This document shows, in pieces, positions 18,501 to 20,000 of a stretch of DNA of 20,000 bases. A program made the position numbers and the translations under genes. This DNA comes from an uncultured virus (IMG/VR IMGVR_UViG_3300017991_000054) (Duplodnaviria > Heunggongvirae > Uroviricota > Caudoviricetes), in IMG/VR virus record IMGVR_UViG_3300017991_000054; one strand, written 5' to 3'. The notes below the pieces were generated by a model. It was not told where the DNA came from. It made no database searches and was given only the letters and a program-made list of their open reading frames with translations. Position 1 is the first letter of the stretch; the number at the start of each line of letters is the position of its first letter.

Positions 18501-18875
18501 ATGTTATGCGGTGGAGACAACGGAAGTAATTCAAATGCTGTAAGACAATTCTCTGAATCTGGAAATTCTTGGTCAACAAGAAATAGCATGTCAACTTATC
18601 GTCTATCACCAGGAAATTTTTCACTAAACTCAAATACAGGCATTCTAAGCGCAGGTTACAGCACCATAACTTCTTCAGAAAAATATTACAACACAACTAA
18701 TATATGGTTGATAAAGGGTAATGTTTCTGAAGGCGGAACAAGACAAGGCGGGTTCTCCTTGTCAGGATTCCAAGGAATGGCTTGCGGTGGAGAAAAATCT
18801 AATCGTGACTCAGCTGAAAGATATACAGATGGCGAAACTTCGCTTTCAGGCTTCGCAGTTCAAACATTAAAATAA
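12531..18875 (+). CDS. Giant Kelch-repeat protein (six 6-bladed beta-propellers plus a CBM4/9-like domain); putative tail fibre/adhesin
   Basis: About 48-aa repeats with consensus NxWTxRTxLxxxR...GxxAGGxNG...ERYSDS in six blocks of six; NLVYNGDME...YYFDDVQFRE carbohydrate-binding-like insert at about aa 403-543; AAGGAG RBS. Confidence 0.85.
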   Translation: MKYYGVNLKGDLTRRTDFELLGPLLGEANKSYIQSLLDYREGNGARSYHSNVVDTIQGDVIAGRDNFFPGVPPSGEQIDITSLKGLIDGGNYWTRRTNINDSRYGLTGFTGASGFGVIAGGDNGGRTNTVERYSDASNLWIYRTNLNDARDYLGSFSLTSDLGVSATGGNSSGYSSTTERYSDAGNSWTSRASCSFRRYGSGAYTLDSSYGILAGGTNGAGNYLTNVERFDDSANSWASRTAISIGRTGLGSFSQNTDNGIVAGGINGNVTGTTEQYSNSANAWTTKTSLSIVRHYLTGFSCTSESGIASGGFNDSSRLANTDKFSNSGNIWNCRSHMSSTRSHLGGFVINSNHGLCIGGLSNQEVAERFKDSSTIFDNQTTSTYKHPNAAVPRNDENQYGPNLVYNGDMELDDDTWIDFGTPSLNARDGYKFNGNYSRKLQTDGNNEGMRMADHKAMTTETGKTYKFSVMVYAQTNSNVYIQINRGGSGAQAFTYSNLNTPAWNLVEFEYYETSGGDNCIIYLISGGGAGNTYYFDDVQFREVLETRNSKDVVSTKDLSNTTDQIKHIVVTSLNQKRDPVAMNGYWTTRNPLIFQRTLHAGFGLTDDFGMVAGGWISSSYANSERHSDSGNAWVVRGNITQARSSFAGLEESSEYGHAVAGSTTGSNYVNTVDRYFDPGTTWTARTGCNISRHSHCAFKLTDNLGLMANGYNGTQALGNVERVDYSTGGWSNRTATVDNVRYSAGSAMSDDQGLVSGGLNNSSTVKNTTWRYDNNANIWTSRTTLLMAAREHDAFNVSKNEVVINGGFNGSRLVVVQKFDDSTNSMSNQTDQLDFSHHHNSINIGSSNQGLSFGGYVGVGSNETGFAQKYTDSEVASISAPTFDISLSGNDDESQDFDLRDQSFDTLIDLTGYTNTGSWSFGTAIPNEHNESASFGGIDTTKGIVAGGDNASGRLAYVDRYDTSQNAWYQRTALTEETSQTDGFGLTSNLGVMAGGYNATSYTAAVYRYNDTGNSWTSRTAMNTIRSRIMSLQLDSDKGLVSGGHNASYLSNVERHSNSGNNWTNRTSLNTARRHGAATGFTSDSGLISGGYNGTLPLHSTELYSDSGNSWTSKASIGIRKVGVRGLELDTTSGLITGGRETTTNEYYNTVLEYSLTNDTWTEKVIMLSGREMHGSLEMSSTTGIVAAGNNYLYLTSTEKYNSEATQPVLEPAGIWTSRAGCLDKPAWSHGAPLTSDSGLRTGGHNGIYSNSTYKYTDSSNGWTKRTNLSQTKYGSGAFPLQENSMLSAGGRNITTFLATTYRFDEGSNAWTSRTSMSNARTHPVGFGVNTDQGIIATGETGGQVVYVERFSESGNSWTSRTNINTGVQGAGGFKVNTDIGILNGGYNGSIGYTSITQRYSNSENLWTFRGNTTKTKLGNYGFSLKGERGLLGPGSQGVDSHNTTDRYEDSSGIWSSRATVTTYRYGYGAHEVGSGDQGIIAHGYDANSDNIDYTDRYSDGAIASTVDPAGYWTYRTDLGRRRYATTSFELTSNLGVTCAGNNGSGAQGVVDRYNDTDNTWESRTDLNTSRQDLAGWNMDSDQGIAAAGASGGYSGATERYSNSADSWTNRTSASFAASLSTGAKLTSDLGIKAGGTNGTTRDLVERFSDSGNAWTSRTALNETKQGPSGIGLTTDVVIVAAGHNGTSYSILTDRYSDSGNSWTAVATKPASSQNCDAFKISDNLAITAGGKNSVRLTASDKFHNTENTWSVRTPMNKERSRVGEFATGSSQGICCGGRDELGSYVGTTERFTDTYTSEAINPYYKLRLKFNLYRDIQGDSWVLRTNVPSDIGYHGSFSLNSNQGLQFGGDANGGGTWLNTSYRYTDDSNSWLSRATLSYGGQRMGFGLTSDFGLSVAGWNGSARNHAERYSDSANTWLSRTAANRSRYAADSYTMTTNTGLVATGHNGSGREDQAERYTDSLNSWTSRTSATEKIYKSRGFPITTDLGMLCGGDNGSNSNAVRQFSESGNSWSTRNSMSTYRLSPGNFSLNSNTGILSAGYSTITSSEKYYNTTNIWLIKGNVSEGGTRQGGFSLSGFQGMACGGEKSNRDSAERYTDGETSLSGFAVQTLK

Positions 18876-18894
18876 TAAGAGGAGTTAATCTCAC

Positions 18895-20000
18895 ATGGAT
18901 TTCTATGGATTAAATTTACAAACTGATATTAAGAAAAAAGATTACGAACTTCTCGGACCATGGTTTGGAGGTTCTAGTAAATCTTATATCAAGAGTCTAT
19001 TAGGAAGAAGAGAACAGTACGATCAGAAATATGTGAGAACAGACTCTAATGTTATTGGTGATGTTCTGATACCTGTTGACAAGGAGTTTCCTGGTGCGAA
19101 TGCTTACGAAGGAAGAATTGATGGATTTAGTTTGAATGGTCTGATTGACGGCGGAAATTACTGGGTCAATCGAGCAGATAAAGAAGCAGGAAATGTCAAA
19201 TATATCGGATGGTTCGAACAGACTTCAGATAAAGGAATGGTCTGTGGCGGTGGCACTACTTCAGAACAATACCAAGATAGTAGAAATACTTGGACTTCTA
19301 AGGGAACACTACTTGACGACAGAGATTATCCCACTGGTATTACACTTACATCTGACGCAGGAATAATCACTGGTGGTTATAATGGTTCTTATTTTGACAC
19401 GACAGAAAAATATTCTAATTCTACAAACATATGGTTATCTAGAGATACACTAAATACGGCTAGATTTCTTTGTGCAGGCGCTACCCTAACAACTGATGCT
19501 GGTATTATTTGTGGAGGTAATTATACATATATAACATCTGCAGAAAGATATTCTAACTCATCTGATAGTTGGTCAAATAGAACTAGTATGTCAGTTGGTC
19601 GATATTACGGAACTGGTTTATCAATTAATAATGATTCTATGCTTACAACAGGTGGGTATAATGGCAACCAATTAGATAATACTGAGCAATATAGTGATTC
19701 ATCAAACACATGGACAAGTAAAGCAAATACTGGAAGAAATGGCGGTGTACACTCAGCATTTGCATTAAACTCAAATTACGGAATGTTAACAGGCGGAACA
19801 AACAACTTTGACAGATCACAACGATATAGTAATTCTGCAAATATTTGGGAAAACAAAACCGCTATGAGTACAGGAAGACGTTATCATGGTGGGTTTAGTC
19901 TTTCTTCAGGTAGAGGTATTTCAGCGGTAGGTGAGGATTCTGGGGCTAGTAATTTAAAATCATCAGAACGATTTAAAGATACATCCTCAATGTCATTCTC
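18895..20000 (+). CDS. Second Kelch-repeat protein, paralogue of the preceding gene; runs off right edge
   Basis: Not in the track. ATG 18895 after GAGGAG: MDFYGLNLQTDIKKKDYELLGPWFGGSSKSYIKSLL...SLNGLIDGGNYW, then six Kelch repeats to ERFKD; open to base 20000. Confidence 0.88.
   Translation, partial: MDFYGLNLQTDIKKKDYELLGPWFGGSSKSYIKSLLGRREQYDQKYVRTDSNVIGDVLIPVDKEFPGANAYEGRIDGFSLNGLIDGGNYWVNRADKEAGNVKYIGWFEQTSDKGMVCGGGTTSEQYQDSRNTWTSKGTLLDDRDYPTGITLTSDAGIITGGYNGSYFDTTEKYSNSTNIWLSRDTLNTARFLCAGATLTTDAGIICGGNYTYITSAERYSNSSDSWSNRTSMSVGRYYGTGLSINNDSMLTTGGYNGNQLDNTEQYSDSSNTWTSKANTGRNGGVHSAFALNSNYGMLTGGTNNFDRSQRYSNSANIWENKTAMSTGRRYHGGFSLSSGRGISAVGEDSGASNLKSSERFKDTSSMSF

Noticed and set aside
11238..19840. 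Short minus-strand or out-of-frame ORFs over the structural genes (including 19145..19366)
   Set aside because: Shadows of the long plus-strand frames; 19145..19366 is out of frame within the Kelch paralogue starting at 18895.
1..20000. Genome-wide stop-codon reassignment (TGA or TAG), prompted by the in-frame TGA at 5395
   Set aside because: TGA ends NADAR and the phosphoesterase in ATGA overlaps, TAG ends the kinase, pncA and rtcB at natural C-termini, and long genes are uninterrupted in the standard code.
12801..20000. Repetitive DNA as a CRISPR array or DGR template/variable repeat
   Set aside because: The repeats are degenerate ~144-nt protein-coding Kelch units; I saw no identical direct repeats with spacers, no adenine-only mismatch pair and no reverse transcriptase in the window.

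Overview
Fragment of a large (probably jumbo) tailed-phage genome with two divergent blocks. The phage assignment is inferred from gene content; no capsid or terminase gene is in the window. Block 1 (<1-10378, minus strand) is one tightly packed, overlapping operon. In transcription order it encodes: calcineurin-like phosphoesterase, RtcB RNA ligase, NADAR, a second metallophosphoesterase, a 6-TM voltage-gated K+ channel, an ATP-dependent DNA ligase with unusual motif substitutions, a small ORF missed by the track (in-frame TGA followed by a SECIS-like hairpin), nicotinamidase (PncA-like), vWA (TerY-like), a small membrane protein, PP2C phosphatase, Ser/Thr kinase, a hypothetical protein, and nicotinate phosphoribosyltransferase PncB (also missed by the track because it runs off the left edge). 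Block 2 (10468->20000, plus strand) encodes a Zn-finger/Vsr-like protein, two virion-type proteins, a 2114-aa protein with six Kelch beta-propellers plus a CBM-like domain, and the start of a paralogue that runs off the right edge. The most notable item is a candidate phage NAD+ rebuilding route via the deamidated PncA-PncB pathway, unlike NARP1/NARP2. It brackets a TerY-P-type vWA/PP2C/kinase triad inside a larger RNA/DNA-repair, counter-defence-like island.
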